Origin: Clostridium sp.
GTDB lineage: Bacteria > Bacillota > Clostridia > Clostridiales > Clostridiaceae
Direction: 5' to 3'
NCBI GenBank assembly: GCA_015058375.1
Contig: SVCK01000150.1
Coordinates: 2,472-66,471 of the forward strand
Length of the DNA: 64,000 nucleotides
The translations under genes were made by a program, and so were the position numbers. A model generated the notes under the pieces. That model ran no database searches, was not told where the DNA came from, and saw only the letters and a list, made by a program, of their open reading frames with translations. This document shows, one piece after another, positions 40,662-51,241 of this stretch; position 1 is the stretch's first letter, and each line of letters opens with the position of its first letter.

Positions 40662-40742
40662 TTTACCTTCCTCTTTTTGAAATAATTCTCTCTATATATT
40701 ATCACTATTTTCAAAATTTTTCAGTATATAAATTAAGTATAA

Positions 40743-41858
40743 TTAACACCTATCAAGTCCTTCAATAATAGCTTCTTTATCCATATTTTGCCCAATAAAT
40801 ACAAGTTTAATTATTCTGTCACCATACTCCTCATCCCATGCATCTCTTATAGCTGGATTATTTTCAAGAATATTTGCTATTTCACTCTTACTTCCAGCTG
40901 CAATCCAATTTCCACATCCAACAGCTTCAATCTGTTCTCCTGCTTGTTCAAAAGTATATGCCATTTCTTTTTCATCAGAGAACCAAATTAATCCTTTGCA
41001 TCTTATAATTTCTTTTGGCCACTTATCAACCCACTCAGCAAACTTATTCTTATCTAAAGGTCTTCTTCTTTTATAAACAAAAGATGAAATACCATATTCA
41101 TCAGTTTCACATTCATCTTCTTCAGGATTATTTAGTTCTTCTAGCCATCCTGCTGACATGCTTGCTTTAACGAAATCAAAAGATTTAGTATTAACTATTT
41201 TAGCCACATCAACATCAGAATAACTTGTCTCAATGATTTCTGCCTCCGGCTGAAGTTTTCTAATTACAGCCTTAACTTCTGATAATTGTTCACTAGTAAC
41301 TTTATCTACCTTATTTAAGATAATCAAATTACAAAACTCTATCTGTTGAATCAAAAGATTTTCTATATCTTCTTCATCAATTTTTTCAGTATTTAATAAA
41401 GCACCTCCACAAGAAAATTCGCTTACTAGTCTTAAGGCATCTACTACTGCCACAACATTATCTAGTCTACACATTCTTGGAAGATTTTTTTCTATAAGCA
41501 ACTCATCAATAGCTAATATTGTTTGTGCTATAGGAATAGGTTCACATATTCCACTAGCTTCTATCAAGATGTAATCATACTTTCCTGTTTGACATAAATC
41601 AATAATTTGTTGCATCAAATCTACCTTTAAAGTGCAACATATACATCCATTTTGTAAAGGAATTAAATTTTCATCTTTCTGTGTTGCTATGCCTCCTTGT
41701 TCAATAAGATCTGCATCAATATTAACTTCACCTATATCATTTACAATAACAGCTGTTTTTAGCCCCTCGTTATTGTTTAAAACATGATTTAAAAGAGTAG
41801 TTTTTCCCGCTCCAAGATACCCTGTTAATAAAGTAATTGGCACAATTTTATTTGACAT
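40743..41858 (-). CDS. CobW/COG0523 metal-chaperone GTPase
   Basis: GYLGAGKTT, NGCICC, EASG, NKVD, CobW_C LVFIG. Confidence 0.93.
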   Translation of the reverse strand: MSNKIVPITLLTGYLGAGKTTLLNHVLNNNEGLKTAVIVNDIGEVNIDADLIEQGGIATQKDENLIPLQNGCICCTLKVDLMQQIIDLCQTGKYDYILIEASGICEPIPIAQTILAIDELLIEKNLPRMCRLDNVVAVVDALRLVSEFSCGGALLNTEKIDEEDIENLLIQQIEFCNLIILNKVDKVTSEQLSEVKAVIRKLQPEAEIIETSYSDVDVAKIVNTKSFDFVKASMSAGWLEELNNPEEDECETDEYGISSFVYKRRRPLDKNKFAEWVDKWPKEIIRCKGLIWFSDEKEMAYTFEQAGEQIEAVGCGNWIAAGSKSEIANILENNPAIRDAWDEEYGDRIIKLVFIGQNMDKEAIIEGLDRC

Positions 41859-42035
41859 ATAATTACTTCCTTTCATTTTTAAATCATTTATATTATATCA
41901 TTATTGCCAATAAAACTTATTTTCTTACGTATTAAATAACTCACATATCTCAAAGCGAATAATAATTAATGATTACTATAAAAAAACTATATATTGAAAA
42001 TAAATTTTTCATATTTCCAATACATAGTTTTCAAA

Positions 42036-42686
42036 TTAAAAATCTATTTTTTCTAACATTGAGTCAATCTTTTCTTTAGCTTCATTTATTGCCTCTACTC
42101 TCTCTTCTTCAGTATTCCCAGTATTATCAACTTTAAGTTCGTGAACATCACTTATGCCCATAATTTTCATCATAGATGATATATAATTTTCTCCTTTATC
42201 AATTATAGGATCTAAAATCCAAGGAATATTGCCACCAGAAGATTGAATATATACTAAAGCTCTATATTTATCATCTAATAATCCTTTAGGTTTCTTACCT
42301 TTTTCAATTTTTACAGTTTTATTTGTTTGAACTATGCAATCAATATATTCTTTTAAAGGTGCTGGAAATGATAAACTCCACATTGGTGCTGCAATTACAT
42401 ACATGTCTGCACTTATAAATTGATCACATAACTCCCTTATTTTCTGTATCTGTTTTTGTTCATGTATAGGTAGTTTTTTAGCTGCTTCTTCTTCTATAAT
42501 ACAATTTCTATCTTGAAAAAATTGATATTTAAGTCTTGGAATATTTTCTTCATACAAATCAATTTCTTCAACTTGAAAGTTATTGTTCTTTTTCAAAAAC
42601 TTATTTATAAATTCCCTAGCTACTGTTTTTGATGATGATAAACTTTCTGGTTTTGAATTAACACTTATATATAATAATTTTTTCAT
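42036..42686 (-). CDS. azoR: FMN-dependent NADH-azoreductase
   Basis: Flavodoxin-2 fold; APMWSLSFPAPLKEYID; SSGG. Confidence 0.85.
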   Translation of the reverse strand: MKKLLYISVNSKPESLSSSKTVAREFINKFLKKNNNFQVEEIDLYEENIPRLKYQFFQDRNCIIEEEAAKKLPIHEQKQIQKIRELCDQFISADMYVIAAPMWSLSFPAPLKEYIDCIVQTNKTVKIEKGKKPKGLLDDKYRALVYIQSSGGNIPWILDPIIDKGENYISSMMKIMGISDVHELKVDNTGNTEEERVEAINEAKEKIDSMLEKIDF

Positions 42687-42897
42687 AACTTACACCTCGA
42701 TACTCAATTTTTTATTAGTATCTGCAAATAAGTTTTTTCTTATTCTTTTTTATTTTATATAAAGAGCAATTAACTTTCTTTTCATTAATATACCTCCATA
42801 TTCACTCAACTTCATACAAATATTAAGCTGTATCAAAATAGTAACTACAAAAATATTACTTTTATCGATACAGCTAACTACAAATCAATGTATATAA

Positions 42898-44232
42898 TTA
42901 TTTAATTAAAGTAACAGATATAATTTTTGAAGTTCCTCCTTGTACAGAATCTAAACCTTCTAAAATCTCTGTACTCTTACATGAGAAAATCACTTCAAGA
43001 TTTCCATCAGCATCTGAAGTTAAATTTTTTATTCTACCAAAGTTTGAATTGAAATATAATCCATTACTTAAGTCTTGTCCAACTGGTATAACATAATATA
43101 CAGTACTTGAAGGTATATTTGATGCCATATCTCCTAAAATTGATTTACCAATCTTTCCATACATATAATCAACACCATTAACAGATTTAAATCCAGAAAC
43201 AGTTCCATAAACTTTTATTGCTTGAAAGTTTCCTTTTGTTCCATCTATCTTATAATACACACCATTAGCCATATTTCTTACAATTAATCCACCATCAGCT
43301 GTTTTGTAAAGATTAGGATATAGTCCATACTCACTTCTATTCTTAGTTCCAACCATACCACTATACAGTAAATTAAAAACTATTTCATTCTTTGAATTTA
43401 TTTTAGTTAAAACAGGATAATGATCGTAGTCTTCAAAAGAATAATCTTTTTCTTGTAAATAACCGACTAAAATTCTTCCTCCATCAGTTGTTGATATAAC
43501 ATCAGTATTGTGATACCAATTTCTTAAATCAAGTCCTAATGACTTTTTAGTAAAACGATGTGAACTTCTATCATATATATAATAAATATTAACTAATTCT
43601 TTTCCTCCCCAACGTGGATCTTTTGCTTCTGGTGATCCAGCAGAAGTGTTTGGTGCTTTTTGATATATTAAATTTTCATTTTCATCAAATGTAACAGAAT
43701 CTCTATATACCGGCACAGGTACATACATACCATACTTATAATCTGTTCTATTACCATTTACATCATATACTGCATAAATTCCATTAGTTGCTCCCTCATA
43801 ATATCCAAGAACAATTATATTATCTTTACTATCAACTAATAAATTATTATAAGTTGGTGTAGAATAACACACGGTAGAATCTAACTCTTTCTTCCATTGT
43901 AAATTTCCTTTTGTATCATACTTAGTTAAATTATTACCTTTTAGACATACTGTTGACTTATCACTTAAAGTTTTTGATAAATCACAACCATAAACTTTTA
44001 CCGCTGTATCATCTGTACTTACTGATTTAATTCTGTATCCTGATTCATTTTGAAAATAAACACCATTATTAAAATCCTTAGTATCTTTTTCAACGCTTTC
44101 TTGCGCAGATTCTATTGTTTCTGCATAAGTTGTAACATTACCAATTGCTAAAGTTGTTAGTGCAATAACACTAGCAGTTATTATAGCTCCCCCTCTTTTT
44201 TGAATTAATTTCAAAATACTTTTTGTTTTCAT
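42898..44232 (-). CDS. Secreted hypothetical protein, possibly beta-propeller-like
   Basis: Signal peptide ending TYA; KYDTKGNLQWKK, VDSKDNI, TTDGG and TADGG repeats; AGGAGG RBS. Confidence 0.65.
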   Translation of the reverse strand: MKTKSILKLIQKRGGAIITASVIALTTLAIGNVTTYAETIESAQESVEKDTKDFNNGVYFQNESGYRIKSVSTDDTAVKVYGCDLSKTLSDKSTVCLKGNNLTKYDTKGNLQWKKELDSTVCYSTPTYNNLLVDSKDNIIVLGYYEGATNGIYAVYDVNGNRTDYKYGMYVPVPVYRDSVTFDENENLIYQKAPNTSAGSPEAKDPRWGGKELVNIYYIYDRSSHRFTKKSLGLDLRNWYHNTDVISTTDGGRILVGYLQEKDYSFEDYDHYPVLTKINSKNEIVFNLLYSGMVGTKNRSEYGLYPNLYKTADGGLIVRNMANGVYYKIDGTKGNFQAIKVYGTVSGFKSVNGVDYMYGKIGKSILGDMASNIPSSTVYYVIPVGQDLSNGLYFNSNFGRIKNLTSDADGNLEVIFSCKSTEILEGLDSVQGGTSKIISVTLIK

Positions 44233-44435
44233 ATTTTTCCTCCTATTTTTTAAGACTGTAGACAATTTTACCACTTTTTGTTTTTTATGTAAAAAAAAGA
44301 ATTTTATCTAAGAAACATATAAAAATCATTGTTAACCTTTATTGTTTTCACTTATAATAGACAATAAAATAAGACATGTTGCACTTAAAACAACATGTCC
44401 TATTCTTTACTATATAATAAATTTAACACTCTAAT

Positions 44436-44963
44436 TTATGGCATTATCTTTCCTACTATATAATCAAAATAACTTGTCTTATAACTAATTATGCTAACCT
44501 TTGCTTCCATTCCATTTTTAAGTTCAACTTCATCTCCATTTTTTCCATTTATGACTGAATCATATAAATTGCAAGAAGCCACATAAAACTTTTTATTACT
44601 ACCTTCATCTACAAAAACATCATCGCTTACCTTATCAATTGTAGATTTTATTACACCATAATCACTTCTTGATAAAGATACAATTTCTAATTGAACATCA
44701 TTACCCTCTTTTATATTCCCTATACTAGTATTCTCAATAAATATATTGCACACATTACCTTTCATATCAATCTGTCCAGTAGCATTTACAACAACATCCT
44801 TTTCAGCATAGATAGACCAAATCACTATAGAAGCTAAAGTAATTACTAATATATACATTAAATATTTCAAAAAATTATATGAACAACAAGATTTATAAGT
44901 ATTCATAAAACTTCTAGCATCACTTGTATCATCAAAATTTTCAATTTTATATCTCACTTTCAC
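44436..44963 (-). CDS. Short HlyD-like bacteriocin secretion accessory protein
   Basis: TM helix and C-terminal beta-barrel (LKNGMEAKVSI...TSYFDY), with no coiled-coil hairpin. Confidence 0.75.
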   Translation of the reverse strand: MKVRYKIENFDDTSDARSFMNTYKSCCSYNFLKYLMYILVITLASIVIWSIYAEKDVVVNATGQIDMKGNVCNIFIENTSIGNIKEGNDVQLEIVSLSRSDYGVIKSTIDKVSDDVFVDEGSNKKFYVASCNLYDSVINGKNGDEVELKNGMEAKVSIISYKTSYFDYIVGKIMP

Positions 44964-47166
44964 ATCCTCCTATAGATTTACTTAGTATCAATTCTTTTTC
45001 ATCATCATCTAAACTCTGTTCACTCCATAACTTATAATAGTATCCCCTATTCTTCAAAAGCTCATTGTGACTTCCTTGTTCAATAATAGAACCTTTATCC
45101 ATAACATAAATCTTAGAACATTTCTTAATTGTACTTAATCTATGCGCAATCATTATCGTAGTAACATTTTTAGTACATTCCTCTAAAGTATTTTGTATAG
45201 CTCTTTCAGTTATAGAATCTAGATTAGAAGTTGCTTCATCCATAATTAAAATTTCTGGTTTCTTAATAAGAGCTCTAGCAATAGATAATCTTTGTCTTTG
45301 TCCACCTGAAAGGTTCAAGCCTTTTTCTTCCAAAGGAGTTTTATATCCCATAGGAAGGCTTTGTATATAATCATGAATATGAGCTTTTTTGCAAGCTTCA
45401 ACCATCATTTCTTGAGTTACTCCATCACAAGCAAATTCCAAATTTTCTTTAATTGTTCCTGAAAAGAAAAATGAATCTTGTGAAATGTAGCTCACCTTAT
45501 TTCTTAAAACCTCTTTACTAATATTTTTAATATCTAAGTTATTTAATAATATCTTTCCTTCTTTAACATCATAAAAATTCATTAATAACTTAGCTATTGT
45601 AGTTTTTCCCGAACCACTTTCACCTACTAAAGCTATCTTTTCTCCAGCCTTAATATTTATATTAATATTATTTAAAACATTTTCTCTAACACCATAAGCA
45701 AAGTTTACATTTTCTAAAATTATGTCTCCAAATAAACTTTCAGGTCTTAAATCATCTTCACTAGTTTTTTCTAATTCCAAATCAAGAATTTCTCCTAATC
45801 TATCACTAGCAACTACAGCTTCCTGTAATTGTGGCTGTAAATTTATTAATCTTGCTACCGGTTCAATAAAATAAGCTAGTAATGCATTAAAACTTATTAA
45901 TTCACCCATTGATATTTCGCCTTTTAATACAAGACATCCACCAAACCATAACAAACCAATTCCAAATGATCCACTTACAACGCTCATTAAAGTTTCTTGA
46001 ATATTATAAGTCATTCCATGTTTAAAACAACTTCTCATAAATTTCAAGAACTTATTTTCTGTTTTTATCTTTACTAATCCTTCAGCATTAAAGGCTTTTA
46101 CAGTTTCTATTCCTTCTAAAGATTCAACTAAATAAGAAGTTAAAACAGCATCATCTTCCATAACTGTACTATTAACTTTTTTAAGCTTCTTTTTAAACCC
46201 AAATACTAAAACTAAATATAAAACTATTGGAATAAAGCAAGTAACAAACAGTTTAACATTTTGAAGATATAAAATTAAACCTCCACCAATTGCCATTAAT
46301 ATATCTATCATTAAAGTTAAAGTTACTGATGAAATTGCATTTCTTATTTTATCACCATCACTAAATCTTGAAATTATCTCTCCAACTTTTCTTGTGGCAA
46401 AAAAATTCATTGGAAGATTAATAACATGATTATAATATCCTAAAAGCAATGGCACATCTATATTTTGAGCCATATATATAAACAATATTTTTCTAAAAAA
46501 TTCAGTTATAATTTTACAGCCTAAAAGCACTAACATAGCTATAGATAATGAATGTAAATTGGAAGATAAATTGTTAGGTAATATATCATCTATTAAAAAC
46601 TTATAATAGAATGAACCTGCAATCCCTAATATAGTTATTAATATAGATGCTATAAAAATATTAACTAAAAGACCTTTTTGAACTTTAATAAGTCCCCAAA
46701 ATCTTTGAAACAATCCTTTAGTTTTATCCCCTTTTTCAAACTTAGCTGTAGGTGTAAAAAAAATCAAAATATCGTCCCATATCTTAAAAAATTCTTCAGG
46801 TTTATATTTAATCATCCCTCTTCCAGGATCTGCTACCAATATATATTTTTTTGTAACTTTTTGCACAACTACAAAATGAAGTAATATTTCATCCATTATA
46901 ACATGAGCTATAAAAGGTGTAGGAAGATTATCATAAATTTCCTCTTTACTTTCTACTCTTACAGCCTTTGTACTAAAGCCTAACTTTTCTGCTGCCTGTA
47001 CTATACCATAAACTGAAGTTCCTTCTAAATCAGTTCCTGCTATTTCTCTTATTTTTGATACAGGCATTTTTAACCCATGCTGTTTAGCAATAGTTGCTAT
47101 ACATGCTGGACCACAGTCTTTAATATCTTGCTGTTTAACACAGTAATACTTTTTTAATAAGTCCAT
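44947..47166 (-). CDS. Peptidase C39-containing ABC transporter (PCAT) 2
   Basis: QQDIKDCGPAC, HFVV, ADP; GESGSGKTT, LSGGQRQR, DEATS. Confidence 0.95.
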   Translation of the reverse strand: MDLLKKYYCVKQQDIKDCGPACIATIAKQHGLKMPVSKIREIAGTDLEGTSVYGIVQAAEKLGFSTKAVRVESKEEIYDNLPTPFIAHVIMDEILLHFVVVQKVTKKYILVADPGRGMIKYKPEEFFKIWDDILIFFTPTAKFEKGDKTKGLFQRFWGLIKVQKGLLVNIFIASILITILGIAGSFYYKFLIDDILPNNLSSNLHSLSIAMLVLLGCKIITEFFRKILFIYMAQNIDVPLLLGYYNHVINLPMNFFATRKVGEIISRFSDGDKIRNAISSVTLTLMIDILMAIGGGLILYLQNVKLFVTCFIPIVLYLVLVFGFKKKLKKVNSTVMEDDAVLTSYLVESLEGIETVKAFNAEGLVKIKTENKFLKFMRSCFKHGMTYNIQETLMSVVSGSFGIGLLWFGGCLVLKGEISMGELISFNALLAYFIEPVARLINLQPQLQEAVVASDRLGEILDLELEKTSEDDLRPESLFGDIILENVNFAYGVRENVLNNININIKAGEKIALVGESGSGKTTIAKLLMNFYDVKEGKILLNNLDIKNISKEVLRNKVSYISQDSFFFSGTIKENLEFACDGVTQEMMVEACKKAHIHDYIQSLPMGYKTPLEEKGLNLSGGQRQRLSIARALIKKPEILIMDEATSNLDSITERAIQNTLEECTKNVTTIMIAHRLSTIKKCSKIYVMDKGSIIEQGSHNELLKNRGYYYKLWSEQSLDDDEKELILSKSIGGCESEI

Positions 47167-47211
47167 ATATTCCTCCCTTGTTTTTTACAATTAGTTCCTT
47201 TTTTTACTCTT

Positions 47212-47240
47212 ATTATATCTTTACTGCTTACCATTTTCAA
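47212..47240 (-). promoter_or_regulatory. sigma-A promoter of PCAT 2
   Basis: Minus strand TTGAAA-17-TATAAT. Confidence 0.55.
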
Positions 47241-47445
47241 GATACATACAATTTATTACACCAAGCAATTGCAAAACATGTAGCAATCCTTATTTGTTAC
47301 TCTCATTATATAAAAAAAGTGGATTCTTCAAACTTTTTTATTTTATATACTTTCATAGACGTCAAAAAAGAGTAGAAAATATAAATTTAAAAATTATATA
47401 TCTTCCACTCTTCTTATTAAAATATATTTATAAAATTATAACTTT

Positions 47446-48855
47446 TTATTCTAAAATATAATCAAATACTCCTGTTCCATTTCCTTGAGCTATTAACCCA
47501 AAGCTTACACTTCCACCAGCTTCTATTCTACTTGTCCAACTTTCAGGAGTAACAATATAATATTCTCCTTCTTCTTTATAAGATGCACTCCACATACTTT
47601 GAATAGCTAAATCAGATTTTTTAATCTTAAGTTTCCAACCATTTTGCACCAAATCACTATTATTCTTAATAGTTACATCTAATCTATGACTTCCATAATA
47701 TTGAGTAACTTCAGCTTTAAGGCTTAATTTAGTATTTGCTGGTTTTTGAGGTTCAACTGGTTTTTCAGGTTCAGCAGGCTTTTGAGGTTCAACTGGTTTA
47801 ACTACTTCCCCTGGATTTGATGGTTCTGTTGGATTAACTACTGGTTTATCTGAACTATTAAATACACTACAAATCTTTGATGTGCTCATAGCATTTAATT
47901 TATTAAATAATATATCACCAAATTCAGTATAGCTTCCACCTTCTGGACTTCTTACTAAATCAAGATATTCAACACCACCACTATTACCATACCAAGACCA
48001 TGCAAGCCATCCTATTCCATTTTCAGCACAATGCTTTATTATAGTTTCTTCATCAACATCTCCATCTTTATGTTTATATCCAAATTCACCAACACACACT
48101 GCTAGTCCTTCTCTTGTAGCATTATCAATATTAGATTTTACTTGATATGATGTTCCACCTGCATATTCATATAAATGCATAGAAAACATAGTATTAGCAT
48201 CCTTATCAGATTTAAATACCTCTACACCTTTATCAGCAATAGATTTTGGATACTGTCCATATCCTGAGCAATCAACCATTATAGTATTTTTTATACCAGC
48301 ATCTCTAAGCATAGGTATAACTTTTTCATAACCTTCAGCCCATGCTTTAGATTCCCAGCTTCCATACCACTCATTAGCAATATTTAAAATTACAGTATCT
48401 TCATGGCCTTTTAATGCATCTTTAATTTCAATCCAATACTTAGCTGCTTTTTCCAATGATGAATAATCATTAGAACCTGTTGCATCATGCACTTCTAATA
48501 TAGATACTAATTTATTTTCTTCTGCTAAGCTTATTAACTTTTTAACTTTGCTTATATTATCCTTTGAATATTTTTCACCATCACTTAATACAAATCTTAT
48601 AGTATTAGCTCCAGTATTTGCAATTCCTTTTACTGCTGTTTCATCTTGATATTGATACCAATTATGAGCTTCATTAATTCCTCTCATTATAAATTCATTA
48701 CCATTTGCATCTATCAACTTTCCGTTAACTATTTTAAAACCTTCAGTAGCAGCAAAAGCTGAATACTTAAATCCACCAGTTACAGTTAATGCTAAGCTTA
48801 CTATTAAAGCAGCAGACGCTACTTTGATTAATCTCTTTATCGACTTCTTTTTCAT
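47446..48855 (-). CDS. Secreted GH5 endo-beta-1,4-mannanase with Pro-rich linker and CBM2-like domain
   Basis: MRGIN, LEVHD, NIANEW (acid/base), VGEFG (nucleophile), WLAWSW; KPVEPQKPA repeats; W..W..SVSFG C-terminus. Confidence 0.88.
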   Translation of the reverse strand: MKKKSIKRLIKVASAALIVSLALTVTGGFKYSAFAATEGFKIVNGKLIDANGNEFIMRGINEAHNWYQYQDETAVKGIANTGANTIRFVLSDGEKYSKDNISKVKKLISLAEENKLVSILEVHDATGSNDYSSLEKAAKYWIEIKDALKGHEDTVILNIANEWYGSWESKAWAEGYEKVIPMLRDAGIKNTIMVDCSGYGQYPKSIADKGVEVFKSDKDANTMFSMHLYEYAGGTSYQVKSNIDNATREGLAVCVGEFGYKHKDGDVDEETIIKHCAENGIGWLAWSWYGNSGGVEYLDLVRSPEGGSYTEFGDILFNKLNAMSTSKICSVFNSSDKPVVNPTEPSNPGEVVKPVEPQKPAEPEKPVEPQKPANTKLSLKAEVTQYYGSHRLDVTIKNNSDLVQNGWKLKIKKSDLAIQSMWSASYKEEGEYYIVTPESWTSRIEAGGSVSFGLIAQGNGTGVFDYILE

Positions 48856-49070
48856 AGACTTTCCCCCTCTTAATATACTTTTTTAAGAATACATTAAGTT
48901 AAAAGGTATATACAACTAGTTTTGCATGTTATGTCTTTTTATACTCGCAAGATATTTTAAATTATTTTTTTCTATCGTCAAGTAACCTTAATTTATCACA
49001 AAATATAATTGCAAAAAAAGAGAATTCAATACCAGAATTCCCTTTCTATTAAAATTATTTTTTTATTCTC

Positions 49071-49442
49071 TTAGCCTGGTAATTGCCAAATTAAAGCACA
49101 AGCTGCAACTACAGCTTTTCTTGAATCAGGACCATCTACACCATCTATTGGATTAGCACTTTTTTTCATGCTCTTTAATGTATCATTTGAAATTCCTAAC
49201 TTATCTAATCCTGTAAGTCCATAATATGCTACAGCATGTCCTCTTATTTCTTGCGCTATCAATGGAACATTATACCAAGAAATTTCTCCATCTTTACATA
49301 ACTTTGTTGCAGCAGCAGTTGCACCAGCTTTTGTTGTTAATGCTGGATTAACATTTACTTGCCAACCACCATCAATTAATAACATTTCTTCTTCAGTAAC
49401 TTCAACATAGCCCTTTGGCATTTCTAATATAGCTTTGTTCAT
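49071..49442 (-). CDS. Double-glycine-leader secreted peptide/bacteriocin precursor (97-aa mature part)
   Basis: MPKGYVEVTEEEMLLIDGG|WQVN...; lies between two PCAT genes. Confidence 0.8.
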   Translation of the reverse strand: MNKAILEMPKGYVEVTEEEMLLIDGGWQVNVNPALTTKAGATAAATKLCKDGEISWYNVPLIAQEIRGHAVAYYGLTGLDKLGISNDTLKSMKKSANPIDGVDGPDSRKAVVAACALIWQLPG

Positions 49443-49583
49443 AATTTTCATCTCCCTTTTTTAATATCTTTTATATTATAAAAGACCATAAAATATCTAA
49501 TACCAATAACTACTTATATAAATCTGCGCGCTTAATTATTATGTACTTCAACATTTTCAAGTCCTTCATAGCTTATTTTAGTA

Positions 49584-50063
49584 TTATTGACTCTTATCTT
49601 TTACCTGAATAAATATATCTACTGCTACATTTTCATTTTCCTTTTTAACAAAAACAGTATAGCAATCATCCTTAAGATCAATATCATTTTCAAACGCATA
49701 TACTCCTAATTTTTGATATGCATATTGTAATTTATCTTCTCTTTCTACAAATCTTGCAAACAAACAATTTTCTACTCTTATCATTGGTCTAAATCTATAT
49801 TCATCCTCTTCTTCAAAAGGTTCTTTTAACTGTACCATAAGTTCTAATTTTACTTCAGCTTGTCCACTATGATTTATTACAGTTCTTGAATAATTAATCA
49901 TAGGACCTACAATTGAATTTTTTTTTGCTTTTACATAATTATCTACTAAATAATATATTTGAGGAATTTTATCTACTTCATGTTCTTTGATTTCTCTAAT
50001 CAATACATTTGTTAATTTTAATATTTTATTTTCTCTTATTATTATCTTTTCATTGGCATTCAT
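49584..50063 (-). CDS. DUF5085/GyrI-like protein
   Basis: GPMI..Y and YAYQKL..YAFEN pattern; inside the PCAT operon. Confidence 0.5.
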   Translation of the reverse strand: MNANEKIIIRENKILKLTNVLIREIKEHEVDKIPQIYYLVDNYVKAKKNSIVGPMINYSRTVINHSGQAEVKLELMVQLKEPFEEEDEYRFRPMIRVENCLFARFVEREDKLQYAYQKLGVYAFENDIDLKDDCYTVFVKKENENVAVDIFIQVKDKSQ

Positions 50064-50083
50064 ATTCTCCCTCTTTTCTCGAA

Positions 50084-51220
50084 TTATTTAGCTAATACCC
50101 CTAACGAATCTAATACATACTCAAAATATGTTATTTTATCATATTGAATTCTAGTTTCTACTGTCATCCCATTATTTATGTTAACTTTATCTCCATCTTT
50201 ATTTATAAGAAAATTAGAATCTGGTTTTATATCAACTTTAAAATAAGATTGTTGATTTTCATCTTCACTAGATTTTGAAATTGTAATATCAGTATCTATA
50301 TTTTCAACTACACCTTTGATTGTTCCATACTGAGTTTGAGATAATCCAGATACTGCTATCTCAACATCATCACCTTTCTCTATCCTTACAACATCAAATG
50401 CTGATACATAAGCTTCTATCATATAATCTTCATTATCTGAAGCAATACTAGCTAAAGGTAAAGCAGCTTGCACTACAACTCCTTCTTTACATTCAGTTAA
50501 CATATGTATCTTTCCTGTTTCATTAGCAGTCACAATATATTCTTCTTGCCCTGTTTCTAAAGCTGCAATCTGTGCATTAATTGAATCTAACTGACATTGA
50601 GCTTGAAGAATAGCTTCTTCTGCTGACTTTATTGAAGAATTTTTTATTTCTTCAACCTTAGTCTTCGCTCTTTCTAATTCGCTATTAATTTGAGTATCTG
50701 TATATCCATATAACTTATAAGTTTCAATATCAACATTCTGCTGTGCAACTTGATTTTTATAAAGTTCATACTGACTATAATACAAATTATCTTCAACATT
50801 GTTAGCATCAAAATAATTAGTATTATTTTTTATAGATTTCACTAACTTTCTATATTTTATTATTTGATTTTCATATATAGATTTCTGTCCTTCTATCTGC
50901 TGTTTTTGCAAATTTAAGTCTGTACTTTTAACTTTAAAAAGAACATCACCCTTTTGCACATTTTTTCCTTCTTCAATATTTACATCATAAATCTTTCCTG
51001 AAAAAGAAGACATAACATAATTTTTACTATTACTTCGTACATTGCCTGGCGATTTAACTACATATACTTTAGAAGTATTTAAACTCATAATTACAACAGA
51101 TATTAAAAATAAAAATATTACGATAATAATAACATATCCAAAATACGGCATCTTTTTATCATATAAAAGCCTACTATCTCTTAATTCATATATAGTTTTT
51201 ACTTCTTTACTTCTAATCAT
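50084..51220 (-). CDS. HlyD-family secretion accessory protein
   Basis: DSRLLY, TM helix, EGKNVQKGDVL, coiled coil, GMTVETRI. Confidence 0.88.
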   Translation of the reverse strand: MIRSKEVKTIYELRDSRLLYDKKMPYFGYVIIIVIFLFLISVVIMSLNTSKVYVVKSPGNVRSNSKNYVMSSFSGKIYDVNIEEGKNVQKGDVLFKVKSTDLNLQKQQIEGQKSIYENQIIKYRKLVKSIKNNTNYFDANNVEDNLYYSQYELYKNQVAQQNVDIETYKLYGYTDTQINSELERAKTKVEEIKNSSIKSAEEAILQAQCQLDSINAQIAALETGQEEYIVTANETGKIHMLTECKEGVVVQAALPLASIASDNEDYMIEAYVSAFDVVRIEKGDDVEIAVSGLSQTQYGTIKGVVENIDTDITISKSSEDENQQSYFKVDIKPDSNFLINKDGDKVNINNGMTVETRIQYDKITYFEYVLDSLGVLAK

Positions 51221-51241
51221 TATAAGCACACTCCACATAAA

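Noticed and set aside
47178-47375. Intergenic ORF 47178-47375 (+) and a tiny Cys-rich minus-strand frame MRVTNKDCYMFCNCLV as a possible PCAT 2 cargo
   Set aside because: No RBS and no GG leader; the region is occupied by promoter and terminator elements.
47738-47850. Repeated GGTTCAACTGGTTT units
   Set aside because: They encode the KPVEPQKPA linker of the mannanase; not a CRISPR array or mobile repeat.
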